Assembly: GCF_018977255.1 (NCBI RefSeq)
Contig: NW_024704742.1
Coordinates: 69,194,001 to 69,258,000, forward strand
Direction of reading: 5' to 3'
Source of the DNA: Callorhinchus milii
Taxonomy: Eukaryota
Length of the DNA stretch: 64,000 nt
Shown here in pieces: positions 50,451 through 62,489 of the stretch. Below the pieces are notes generated by a model. That model ran no database searches, had not been told where the DNA came from, and worked only from the letters and a program-made list of their open reading frames with translations. Both the position numbers and the translations under genes were made by a program. Within the stretch, counting starts at the first letter, position 1; every line of letters begins with the position of its first letter.

Positions 50451-51023
50451 TGGAACTGAACTGACTCCAAGGTAACATGCTTGACAACAGAATGTCGGAA
50501 TCGAGCCAGTCCTCAGTGGTGGTCTCTAGTCTGGTTCCTGAGCCAGGCGGGTCTGCAGTATTTCAGGGCATTGCTGATGACAACACAGCCCAGCCTGGCT
50601 CATCAGCAGGACTTGGAGCAGACCAGTCCCTTGGGGCAGGGAAGTCATCCCACGCAGCTTCTGATAACCCTGCAAGCCAAAGCCCTAATGGGTAATGTGG
50701 TCCTAGCTGGATAAGCAGCGAGAAAGCTTGCAAGTCAGCAATCTCAATGGCAAGCTATGCAGTTTAGCTGGTTAGACTCCAGCAGTTACCCCAATACACG
50801 CTCTGTGACCCCCAAGCCATGGCTCTTGCCAACCGGCGCCTAATATTTTCTGGAATTAGGTAATCAGGATGTGTCCCTCCACGGAGAGAGCGCATTCCAT
50901 TCCAACAATCTCTCTCTGGGATTTCCATATGTAGGTGGGATGCATGGAATTCTCAGTTTGGAGACCCTTAAGCATGGTGATGGGTTTCCTCATGTGTCAG
51001 ACACCCGGCTGACCTAAAAAAAA
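50451..51023 (+). mobile_element. Element X, longest copy with a complete 3' end (about 570 bp)
   Basis: Follows a truncated SINE B (50128-50435); ends GTCAGACACCCGGCTGACCT followed by A8. Confidence 0.85.
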
Positions 51024-51239
51024 TTTGACCAGATGCTTTTAATAATCCCAGCCACAGTAATCCCTACTAAAGAAGACGCCAGGCTGGCCACATATCAATA
51101 ACAATATGCACTTATACAGCTTCTTTTATATAGTCAATTTCACAGAGACAAGTGGCACTCCGGGTGCAATACAATACAATGCAATTTACGTTTATGCAGC
51201 GTCTTTCACATTGGGAGGACGTCTCAAAGGGCTTGACAC

Positions 51240-51550
51240 AACAACAACCACAAAATTATATTTGTGTAGCGCCTCTCCCATCAGGAGGATGTCCTAAGGT
51301 GCTAGACAATCAGTGTTTCAGACCCGAGCTGCGGGTTGGGATTTGGGAGGGTGGAGGGCAGGGGGAGAAGCAGGGTGATTGAAAGTACAGTCGAAGAGGA
51401 GGGTCTTGAGATGGGTCTTGAAGGAGGTAAGGGGGCAGCGGTGGGGGGGGGGTTGTGAGGCGGAGGATCTGCGGGATGAAGTTCCAGAGGGTGGGATCAG
51501 AGTGGCTAAAGGCCCACCCGCCAATGGTGGGGCGGGCGAGGCCGGTGGGC
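51240..51550 (-). mobile_element. L2 LINE 3' fragment
   Basis: Minus-strand TSFKTHLKTLLFD and a reverse tail. Confidence 0.75.
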
Positions 51551-51595
51551 GGGCAGTGGGGGTGGGATCTGAGAGGAGTGGGGGAGGTAATGATG

Positions 51596-51870
51596 AAGCT
51601 TGCTGGACAGTACTATCGATTGCAGTTTTAGCTGGTTTCGACTCCAGCAGTTAAGCTAACGCACATTCTGGGGTCCCCATGGCTCGGCTATTGCCAACCT
51701 GCGCCTATTACTTCCTAATATTTTCCAGGGAGAGAGTGCGGATTCCATTCCAGCAATCTATCTTTGGAATTTCCATGAGTAGGTGGGATGCATGATATTC
51801 TCAGCTTGGTTTGGATATTCTTAAGCATGATGATGGGTTTCCTCATGTGTCAGGCTGACCAAAAAAAGAA
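51596..51870 (+). mobile_element. Element X copy
   Basis: Aligns to about 50725-51023; ends GGCTGACC followed by A7. Confidence 0.8.
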
Positions 51871-52164
51871 ATAGACAAAAAGTAGAGAAGGGATTTAGGG
51901 AGAGAAATCCAGTAGATAAAGATGTGAGAGACTCTTTTCCTTTACATGACCCAACTGTGCAGCGCCTTGGGACGTCCTCCTGACGTGAAAGGCGCTTTAT
52001 AAATGGAATCTTGTTGTTGTTGTTGTACATTAATTCACACGGGTATAGTTTGCAGCATTGTATAACGTATCACTTGTGTTAATTAACCTAAGGAATGAGT
52101 TATGAAATGGTGGAAAATGTATCCTTTTTTGGCTCAGTCGGATATGGTTTGAAGCTACCATATT

Positions 52165-52520
52165 GCTCCCTCTACACCCTGCTCCCTCCCTAACTCACTC
52201 TCCCCTGACTCGCTCCTTCGGCATTCCTCCCTCCTGCTGTACCCCTTCCTCCCTCCCTCCCTCTCTCTCACCCTGCCTCATTCCCTCACTCCCTCAATCT
52301 CCTCCCTCCCTCACTCCCTCCATCATTACCTTCCTCCCTCGCTCCCTCCTTCCTTAACTCTCCACCCTCCCTCTCTACCCTTCCCCTTGTCAACACTCCC
52401 TCCCTCTTCATTCCTCCCTCTCGCTGTACCCTTCCCTCCCCCTCACTATCCCCCGCTCGCTCCCACCTCACTCATCTCCCTGTATATACACACGCACACA
52501 CACACACACACACACACATA
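52165..52520 (+). repeat. CT-rich polypyrimidine tract followed by (CA)n
   Basis: Direct reading. Confidence 0.85.
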
Positions 52521-53959
52521 CGCTACAGCTGAACTACGGTTTCCTCCACACAAAAGAAAACAATTACATAATCCGATTTATTTTAATAATTAATAAAAAT
52601 AACAAGTGAGCATTGTTCTTTGTGTAGAGAGGTGACCCCGGCCCCCCCCCCCTGCCCCGGCCTCTCACACGTTCAGGTCTCTGAGGTCCCCCTCGCCTCC
52701 GCCAGAGAACTGGGAACCGAGCTGAGCTACTGGTCTGAGGCAGCGGATAACACTGTTTGTTTTACATTGGCGGCAGCCAGAGGCAAGTCAGACTGTTACA
52801 CTCATAGAAAGGGACCCTATCAGGGAGTCGGGCCAGCCAAGGCCAACATAGCCCCGACTGCAATTATCCTTTTTACCAACACGTTTCTCATCAGCTACAT
52901 ATCAAGCTGTGCGCTTGATGGTAAACTAATGAGAGGGCGGAGGGGGAGGGGGAGGCTGGCAGGTGGCGGATTTGAGTTTGTGGGGTGTCACCAAGACCCC
53001 AAAACATTTGGTCTCTCAATCTTTGACTGTTTGTGGGACACTGCTGTACGCAATTGGCTGCTGAGTTTCGCCCACGAAATATACAGTCTTTACAGTATAT
53101 TCCTTGAAGCGCTTTGAGACGTCTCAAAGACGTGATGAGGTGCAATATCAAATGCATGGATAATTATTATTATGATTATAACAACTGGGTTCCTATTTAC
53201 TGCTAGGTAAACAGAGACGTGTGGAGTAAGGAAACTTGCCTAAGGTTTCGCCCTGGCTGAGAATCGAACCCTGTTCCTCTCGTTTGCGAGGCGAGTACTC
53301 TAACCAATACCCTATGGGACTCCACAGTATATTTTCAGGCGAACATTTTGCGCACACCAATGTTCCATCAAAAACAGCTATGAAGTGAATGACCGATCTG
53401 TATTTGGAGAATTGTTGGCCAGTACACTGGGAGAAACTCCTTTGCTTTTGGAGCAGCGCAACGGGGAATCTTTAAGATCAAACGTTACCAAGGATACTCT
53501 CGAGCCAAGTGTTGGACCAAAGTCTTGACGGCAAGGAAAGATCAATGGAGGAGAAACAAAGGGACGTCCTTCACGTTTCACTGTGCAGCCTCACTCATTA
53601 CTGGAACCTACACAGGGGCAGGAGGTGGTGCTACCCTACCGTGGACCTAATTCCTCATAATCCTTTAGCACCTTTAATTGCCTGGGAGAAGAGAGGAGGG
53701 GAGGGGAGCGGAGGAATGGAATTGCAGCCGAGCATCCAAAGCGTGTCATTTCAGCCTGGCTCAGTCAGTAGCGGTCTCGCCTCGGAGTCAGAAGGTTCAG
53801 GGTCCATTCCCCACGTCGGGACTTTGAACTCACAAAGTCTTTGAGGCTGATGCTCCAGTGCACTGTTGGGTGTAGCACTGCTTTGACGGAGGTGCTATCC
53901 TTCATAAGAGTAGAACTAAGGTCCCCCCTGTGCCTGTTCTGAGAGACAGGCCTGGGATG

Positions 53960-54115
53960 TTAAGAATTCAGAGGCGTAGGTTAGAAGACATTGACTGGAG
54001 CCAAGGAGGTTGGCAACATTCAGCTGCAGAAAGTTGGCGCTCATCCAGGCCTTGATCACTGACAAACAAGAGGACAGAACATCGATGAACCTGGGGTCGA
54101 GGCTAGTGGAGGATT
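53960..54115 (-). mobile_element. L2 RT-region fragment
   Basis: Minus-strand CLSVIKAWMSANFLQLN. Confidence 0.7.
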
Positions 54116-54977
54116 TCATTTAATCCACAAGTGTTGTCCACATACCTTTTAATACCCTGTCTACCCAATATGAATGTATGTACCTACCTACCTATCTACT
54201 GACCTCGTTACTGACAGATTGACCGATCTATCTAACTAGTTTGTAGTTTGTGTGTGCAAACTCTGGTAATCTCGTTCAGCTACAGTCATTACATTTGACA
54301 TCACTTCCCTGTAAAGGGAGATTTGAGGCCTCTCAACATTAAAGGTGCTGTACTAATGCATGGATCATGTTATTATTGTAATATCAAGAAGGACCCTCTT
54401 ATTATCAACACATCAAATACAAAAAGAAACATAGGCAGCCTATTAATAGCTGATATTAAATCGCTGGCATTCAAGAGCTCTGTTATTCTCGGAATAAAAA
54501 CAAAAGGTAGCAACTCTCTGAGGTCACACACTCCCCCTCAGCCGATACTTTTATAGCCTGGTGTTTAAAGTTCCTTTGCAATCTATTGCTCTCCTGTTCT
54601 AAGGTCCCATTGTTCCTCTTTGAATTCCTGTGTCTCAGAAGGTATCTAATTACAACAGAAAAAAACACACTTTGCCTTATTAAAAAAATTGTCTTTGGCA
54701 TTGGGTGCTCTCTCTCTCTCTGGGTTTCTGATCCTGCTATCAACTTAAAAGATCAACCAAGCAAATATCTCTCCTCGAGGCGTCAAGATAGCACAACAGA
54801 AAGAAGACACTTTGTGACCCATCTCCCCTGCTCACATGTGACAGCTCATAAAAGACGCCTTGTTGTTTGTCACTGGATTATAACTGTTGATTCCCTATCC
54901 CTACCGATAGCTCCACAAGACACTGAGAGAAAGGGAGAGAGAGAGAGAGGGAGGAAAAGAAAGAGAAGGGGAAGGAA

Positions 54978-55013
<36 letters not shown>

Positions 55014-55214
55014 TGGGGGAAAAACAAAATACATGCTTTGGTCAAACGACCCTGCAGATACATCAGTCGTTCACTTTACTGTGCATGTTCGGCTCCCATG
55101 ATTATTAAGCACCTTCCCGCTGTGAAAGGCTGTACATAAATGAATAATAAAATAATCCTTGCATTTGATGTAGTGCCTTATCATGTATGAAGTGAATTGA
55201 CTGTATATTTTTGT

Positions 55215-55920
55215 GCAATCCTATAGTGTAGGGTTAGCACACTCGCCTCGCAAGCAAGAGGACCTGGGTTGGATTCCATGGCCAGGCGAAACCTTAGGCA
55301 AGTTTCCTTACTCCACACGTCTCCGTTTACGTAGCAGTAAGTAGGAAACCGGCTGTTAGATGATTGGCAGATCACCTTCTGGGGATAATAATCCCTTCAA
55401 AAAATAAATAAATCATAATTTGGTCACTCAATCCATGATTGTTTGTGGGACATTGGCTGCTGCGTTTTGCCCACAAAATATAGTCAATTTAAGTCACAAC
55501 AAGGCGTCTTTTGGGAGCAGCTGTCACAGGTGAGCAGTGGAGATGGCTCACAAAGTCTATTCTGTGAAGCGCTTTGAGACTTCTCAATAACATGATAAGG
55601 CACTATGTCAAATGCAAAGATTATTATTGTTATGATTATTATACAACGTTTCCAAGCTACAGGATATAAAATGTCAGCCTGGCTTGGTTGGGAGCACTCT
55701 CGCCTCTGACTCAGAAGGTTGTGAGTTTGAACTCTAGGGCAGGACCCTGAATTCACAGTTCAGTCTGATGCTCCAACATAACATTGAATTGTCAGGGGTG
55801 TCATCCTTTGGATCAAATATTAAAAACCTAGGTCCCATCTGCCTGTTCAAATGAACATTAAGGATCCAACAGCATGATTTGGAAAGAAAAGAGTTTCTCC
55901 TCAAATAAAATTGATCATTC
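55215..55920 (+). mobile_element. SINE A (55215-55640) and SINE B (55672-55920)
   Basis: Family consensus motifs. Confidence 0.7.
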
Positions 55921-57619
55921 GCACTGAGACGCTACCCTGCATGGAGGACACCGTATAAGTGCAAGTTGTTATTGTTGTTGTTATATCATTCACTACGTTA
56001 CTGCTTACGGGACATTGCTGTATCTAAATTGACTGCCTCATTCACCCACAAAATAACAATAATAGTCCTGGGAATTGAAATAGCGCCTTATCACGTCGTT
56101 GAGACATCTCAAATTGGAAAGTCCTCCCAAAGTGAAAGACTCCATACAAATGTAATTTGGTTGTTGTTGTTCACGGAATATATTGTAAAATGGATTGACT
56201 GTGTATTTTGTATGCAGAAAGGCAGCAGCCAATTGCGTGCAGCAGTGTGCCACAAACAGCCATGGATTGAGTGACCACATTTTTGGGGGAGAGGGATTAT
56301 TACCCCTGGAAAGCGATCCACCAATTGACTGACAACCGGGTTTCTACTTACGGCTAGGTAAATAGTTTGCTTAACTCAAAGTAAAGCTTGCATTTGAAAA
56401 GTGTTTTAGCTGCTGCTCTGGGAGGGTGGGATCAATGCACTATCTGGTGCTCTATCTCGTCTCAGGCATCTTATTTTACGAGCAGACCTGGCAGCACATG
56501 AGACAGCCACAGATTTTCATCCCCACCACCTCCCACCTTCCATCTCTCTTTTATTACTGCTTGAATATCACAGAGCGAATTTTTATCAGAGGGCTCCATA
56601 CTGGCAATTATGTTGACAGAGTAACTATGTGTTTCTGCTTGCGGTTATTGTAATGAAATTAATTTTAGAAATGTCCTCTGATTTATTTATTTTCCTTTCT
56701 GACTCATCCGACTCAGAGGCAAACGTGCTACCAACTGAGCCAGGCTCATACAAACGGGGATGAAAAATGTGGAATCAACACATTGAAGACACTACCCTAC
56801 AATTGTGCCTCCCGTCTGTGCCTGTTCAGGTGGACATTAAAGGTCCCATGGGCACAAATAATAATAACAATAACAATAATAACTATTATGAATAATTAGA
56901 ATAATCCCTACATTTGATATAGTGCCTTATCACGTCACTGAGATATCAATAGCTTCACAGAATATACTGTAAAGTGAATTGACTGTACATTTTGTGGGCA
57001 AAACGTGGTAGCCAAATGTGCACAGCAGTGTCCAACAAACGGTCATGTATTGAGTGACCAAATTATTATTTTTTGAAGGGATAATTACACAGGGAAAGTG
57101 ATCTGCCAATTGGTTGACAACTGGGTTCCTACTTACTGCTAGGCAAATAAAGACATATGGAATAAGAAACCTTGCCTGCGGGTGAAACGCTGCAACCAAT
57201 TGTGCACAGCAGTGTCCCACAAACAGTCGTAGATTAAGTGACCAAATATTTTTAAGGGATTCAACTACTTGAAAAGAGAAGGGAGTTTCTCTCTCCCGGT
57301 GTCCTAGCTGACAATCCTCTCAAATAAAATGAGTCACGCACTTCATGGCTGTTTGAGGGACTTTGCTGTGTGTGAATTGGCTGCATCCCTGCCTACTATA
57401 CACAATCACTAAACTTTGCAGTTCTGCTAAGCGCTTTGAGACGTCCTCCCGATGGGAAAGGCGCCGTATCAAATGTAAGGCTTATTATTATTTTATTAAT
57501 TGATGATACAAGGGAACGAAGGCTGACTTTTCAGTGTGTGCTTTCTGGTATCTCGGGAACACAAGTCATCATAAGTCTGAAATTCTAAATATTATTACTG
57601 ATTATTATCTATCTGTATA

Positions 57620-57960
57620 TCTATTTAAAATGATAAAGAGATTCAATCGGGTAGCAACAGAGAAATTATTTCCTCTGGTGGGGGAATCCAGAACAGGGGG
57701 GTGGGCATCATCTTAAAATTAAAGCGAGGCCATTTAGGGGTGAAATCAGGAAGCATTTTTTCACACAAAGGATAGTGGAAATCTGGACCTCTCTCCCCCA
57801 AAAGACTGTGAATACTGGATCCATTCAAGGCTGAGGTGGATAGATTTTTGTTAGGTCAAGGTATCAAGGGATATGGAGCATAGGCGGGTAAATGGTACAG
57901 ATCAGCCATGATCAGACTCGATGGGTTGAATGGCTTCCTCCTGTTCCTGTGTTCCTACCT
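57620..57960 (+). mobile_element. CR1 LINE 3' end
   Basis: FKMIKRFNRVATEKLFPLVGESRT; same family as 17990-18357. Confidence 0.8.
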
Positions 57961-58569
57961 GGTTTAGTCTTGACCCATATGAAGGTGCAGAGTTATAATG
58001 ATCCTTGCATTTGATACAGCGTCTTATCATGTCGTCGAGGCATTTCAAAGAGTTTTACAATGGAGTGTTGGGACTGTGTGTTTTGTGGACAAAAACAGCA
58101 ACTAATTTGTACACAACAATGTCTCACAAACAGCCATGAAGTGAGTAATATTCTTTATTTGGGGGCAATGTTGACCAGGACATCGGGAGAAACCATCTTC
58201 CCCTTTCAAATAGTTGACGTGCATTTGAACAAACATAGAAGGGACCTCAATTAAATGTTTCATCCCCAGCTGGAGTGCTAGCTTGGACTAGTTGTGACTA
58301 GTTCTCAAGACATACGTGTTTCACCACATGTTCGATCATCCTTCCCCTCCTCCCACCCCACCTTCGTCTTCACCCTCGGCTCAGATACCCAACCAGCAGT
58401 GTTGAGCATTCCGGGGCATTCTACCAATTTGAAGGGAGCTAGATAAATGCAGAGTTTATGAAACCTTAGGCAAGTTTCCTTACTCCACACCCCTCTGTTT
58501 ACCTAGCAGTAAGTAGGAACCCGGTTGTTAGTCGATTGGTGGATTGATTTCTGGGGCAAATGGTTTTGT

Positions 58570-58965
58570 GTGTCAGCCTGGCACAGTTGTAGCTCTCTTG
58601 CCTCTCTGTCAGAAGGATGTGGGTTCAAGCCCCACATCAGGACTTGGAATCACATAGTCTAAGCGGGGGGAATAGTATTATCGGAGGTGCTGTCCTTCCG
58701 ATGAGATGTTAAACCGAGGTCCCGTCTGCCTGTTCAGATTGATGTTAAAGATCCCATCCCATCTCTTGGTGTCCTGGCTAACAATCCACCCAAATAAAAT
58801 TTGGTCAGCCACTTCACAATCGTTCGTGGGACACTGCTGCGTGCAATTGGCTGCCGCATTTCACCCCAAAATACACAGTCAATTCACTTTACAGTATATT
58901 CTGTGAAGCGCATTGAGATGTCTTAAAGATGTGATAAGGTGCTATATCAAATAGATTATTATTAT
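58570..58965 (+). mobile_element. SINE family B
   Basis: Head, Deu core and tail. Confidence 0.8.
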
Positions 58966-59589
58966 ATCCTGTGAAGCGCTTTGAGATGCCTTCAACGAAG
59001 TGATAAGGCGCTATTTCAAATGCAAGGAATATTATTATAAATTACATTGTATTGTGGAAAATCCTTGCATTTTTAGACAAATGTTAATAATAATAATAAT
59101 AATCCTTGCATTTGATATAGCACTTTTCACATCTTCTAGATGTCTCAAAGCTCTTCACAGAATATACTGTAAAGTGAATTGACTGTATATTTGTGGGCGA
59201 AACGCGGCAGCCAATTGCGCACAGCAATGTCCCACAAACAGTCGTGGATTGAAGTTAAGGCTTGGAACAAGCAAAATATCGGGCAACAGAATTGTAAAGG
59301 AATTTTCATTAAAAATTACACATTCATATTGCATTTCAGCTTATAATTAAGATTCTTTTCCTCTTTTGACACCTTTAAATACTCTCTTTATGTTCCGTCC
59401 TCTCCCAGGTAATATCTTCCTTCCAATTTCCTTTTACTTGTCACCCCCTGGGGCAGCTTGTGTCTGGAACCTGATCTGTGCCCGACTTTTGGGCAGAGTT
59501 TCATCTCTCCTCCCAACAGGAGAGAGAAAGAAAGAAAGAAGAGAGAGGGAGCAAACCTTATTAAATAGAACACAACATTACATAAAACA

Positions 59590-59940
59590 CCAGCGTCCTG
59601 TAGCCTGGTGGTTAGCACTTTAGGCACTCAAGTGAGAGGCCACAAGTTCAATTCAAGTTTTGCAGGGCGAAACCTTAGTCAAGTTTCCTTACTCCACACG
59701 CCTCGCAGTAAATAGGAACCTGGTTGTTAGTTGATTGGCGGATCGATTTCCAGGGGTAATACTCCTTCCAAAAAAAAATTAGGTCACTCATTCCACGACT
59801 GTTTTGTGGGACACAGCTGTGCACAATTGGCTGCCACGTTTCGACCACAAAATACACATTCAATCCACTATACAATATATTTTGTGAAGCACTTTGAGAT
59901 GTCACAATGACGTGATAAGGCGCTATAAATGCAAAGATTG
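59590..59940 (+). mobile_element. SINE family A
   Basis: Near-complete copy. Confidence 0.8.
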
Positions 59941-60659
59941 TAAATAGAACAATACACTGCATAAAACATGTTACACTGGAAACAGGTTTCAGCTTGGCTC
60001 AGTCTTGCTTCTGAGTCAAAAGCTCATGGGTTTAATCCCAATTTTTATTTTACAATTTCACAATCTAGGCTACCATCCAATACAGTGCTGGGGACTGCAT
60101 TGTCAGTGGTGCCATCGTTCAGAAGCACAACTTTTCTTCCTTAAAATGTGTTTTGAATTTACAACCACCTGCTCCTTCCCCCACTGGACCTCTGAAAATT
60201 GATTATGCCATACCTAGCTGTGTGCAAGTGTGCTACCAACTGACCCAAACCTCTGTTTTTCCAGTAGTTTTGCCCCATGTGGCTACAGTTAACTTCTTGG
60301 TAGTGATGAACATTTGCTGGCATCTATTTGACAATAGGAGACTTCAGGCCAGGTTTGAGCCCACCCTCAGCCGAGGCCCGAAATTTCCCACGGTCCGAGC
60401 TGTTAGACCTCATCCCCGTGCAGATCGTTCAATCTGCCCATGGCTTGTAAGATGGCCCTCCACAGTCCTTGGGATGAGAAAATGTCTGTCAAATCAAGGT
60501 GGAAATTTAAGGTTGTTTCCAAATTCAGCTCATGACTGGAGCATTTGGTTCACATTTCCCACATCCACCCCACCCTTTCCCAGTACGATCATTGAAAAAA
60601 TGGTAGAGAAGCACTCTGAGATTGTTATCCTGTGCTCTGAGATGATATCCTCAGCTACG

Positions 60660-61015
60660 TAATAATAATAATAATAATAATCTTTGCATTTGATATAGCA
60701 CCTTATCACATTGTTGAGATGTCTCAGAATATATTGTAAAGTGGCTTGACTGTATATTTTGTGGGCGAAACGCAGCAGTCAATTGTATGCATAATATCCC
60801 ACAAACAGACTTGGATTGAGTGACTAATTTTTGTTGGTGTCGAGGGATTATTACCCCTAGAAAGTGATCCGCTAATCGACTAACAACCGGGTTCCTACTT
60901 ACTGCTGGGTAAACAGAGGCGTGTGGCATAAGGCAACTTGCCTAAGGTTTCACCCTGCCCGGGAATCAAACGCAGGTCCTCTCGCTTGCGAGGCGAGTGC
61001 TCTAATTACTACATA
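60660..61015 (-). mobile_element. SINE family A
   Basis: Near-complete reverse copy. Confidence 0.8.
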
Positions 61016-61649
61016 AAGCTATTGTTGTTGTTGTTGAGAAAGAAGTCAGTGTATTTGCTGGCTGGAGGCATCACATTCTGCACCTTCCCCTTCCCCCGCT
61101 CCCCTCCCCCTCACAAGTCAATTGTCTTCCCTAATGTAGACACGTATCAGACAATGGCAGATATCATCACAACAAACTCTCATCACAGCAAACTCATGCT
61201 CAGCTCGCCCCGACCTGCTCTGCCAAGACTCAAGCACCGACAAGCTGAAGTGACAGGTGGAATCACTGGGAGGTCCGAGGTGCACACAGCCTGTTTGGGT
61301 TGCGAGCTCCGAGCGAACGTGTGAGTGGGGGAGGCTATCAGGTGTCTCCTCGTGCCTCCAAAGTCTCTGTTCAGCTCTGCCAAGTACGGACAGCAAGTGC
61401 AGCTGAAACTCATTTGACAGCTGACTTTACAACTACAAAGGTGATAGATTAAGTATAAACAGGTTATTAAACAATTTCTGTTATTATTCACTTGGCCACA
61501 CTTACGAGTATAAAAAGCCAGGGTTTGCAAAGGAAATAGGCATTAGTGTTTCTGTTGCTGCACTCTCCTTTGGAGTCACACCAGAAGGAATGTAAAGAGG
61601 GATTATGTAATAGGAAGATTGGAGGATTGTCTGTGTGTGTTCTCTTCAA

Positions 61650-62030
61650 GGTTTCCTGTAGCATATTGGTTAGAGCACTCGCCTAGCAAGTGAGAGGACC
61701 CGGGTTTGATTCACTTGCAGGGTGAAACCTTAGGCAAGTTTGCTTACTCCATATGCCTCTGTTTACCTAGCAGTAAGGAGGATCCCGGTTCTTAGTCGAT
61801 TGGCTGGTTGCTTTCCAGGGATAATAATCCCTTAAAAAAAACTTTGTTATTATTTACTCCATGATTACTTGTGGAACACTGCAGTGCGCAATTGGCTGTC
61901 ATGTTTTGCCCAGAAAATAAACAATCAATGAAATTTAAAATATATTCTGTGAAGCGCTTTGAGACATCTCAACAATGTTAAAAGGCGCGATATCAGATGC
62001 AAGGATTATTATCATCATCATTATTATTAG
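61650..62030 (+). mobile_element. SINE family A
   Basis: Near-complete copy. Confidence 0.8.
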
Positions 62031-62489
62031 AAATAAAAGTGAATGTTGTTATATGATATAATAATCATTGCATTGATGCAGTGCCTTCTGCATCGTCAGG
62101 AGTTCTCAAATTGCTTCACAGGATTTACTATAAAGTGCACTGACTGTGTGTTTTGTAGGTGAATGTGGCAGCCAATCCGTAAACAGCCACGAAGCGAATG
62201 ACCAATTTTAACTATCTTTTTCCCCCTCTTCACTCACCACAAAGAACGACTAAGAGGAAGGCTTAATATCCAGTTTATGTTTAAGAGCTAACAATTCGAT
62301 AATTGCTGCCTCGCTAAAATTCGTTGGATCAGTCTCCCAATAATTGGCTTAATTGATATTTTCGTTCCAGTCTTAAACTGGGCTGCATAATGAGGCTGGC
62401 ATTACCAACAATAACTTGCACTATATAGCGCATTTCACACAGAGCGAGTGAGCGTCTTAAAGTACTTCACAGACACGTTGTGAGCCACC

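Noticed and set aside
50570..50610. CTGATGA in element X suggesting a hammerhead ribozyme
   Set aside because: It is absent from the other copy covering this region, and I found no suitably placed stem II/GAAA core. It simply pairs with the nearby TCATCAG.
50477..50714. Short ORFs in the 5' part of element X; the two indels versus the 63190-63605 copy are multiples of three (15 and 3 nt)
   Set aside because: Every + frame has a stop within or just before this region in at least one copy, copies disagree on frame further on, and no domain is recognisable. Two in-frame indels can arise by chance.
60374..60512. Short inverted ends (GAAATTTCC..GGAAATTT), similar at 7976-8050, and TTAAGAC/GTCTTAA words near 49430 and 62370
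   Set aside because: Possible old MITE remnants, but matches of about 8 bp are too short to support a call.
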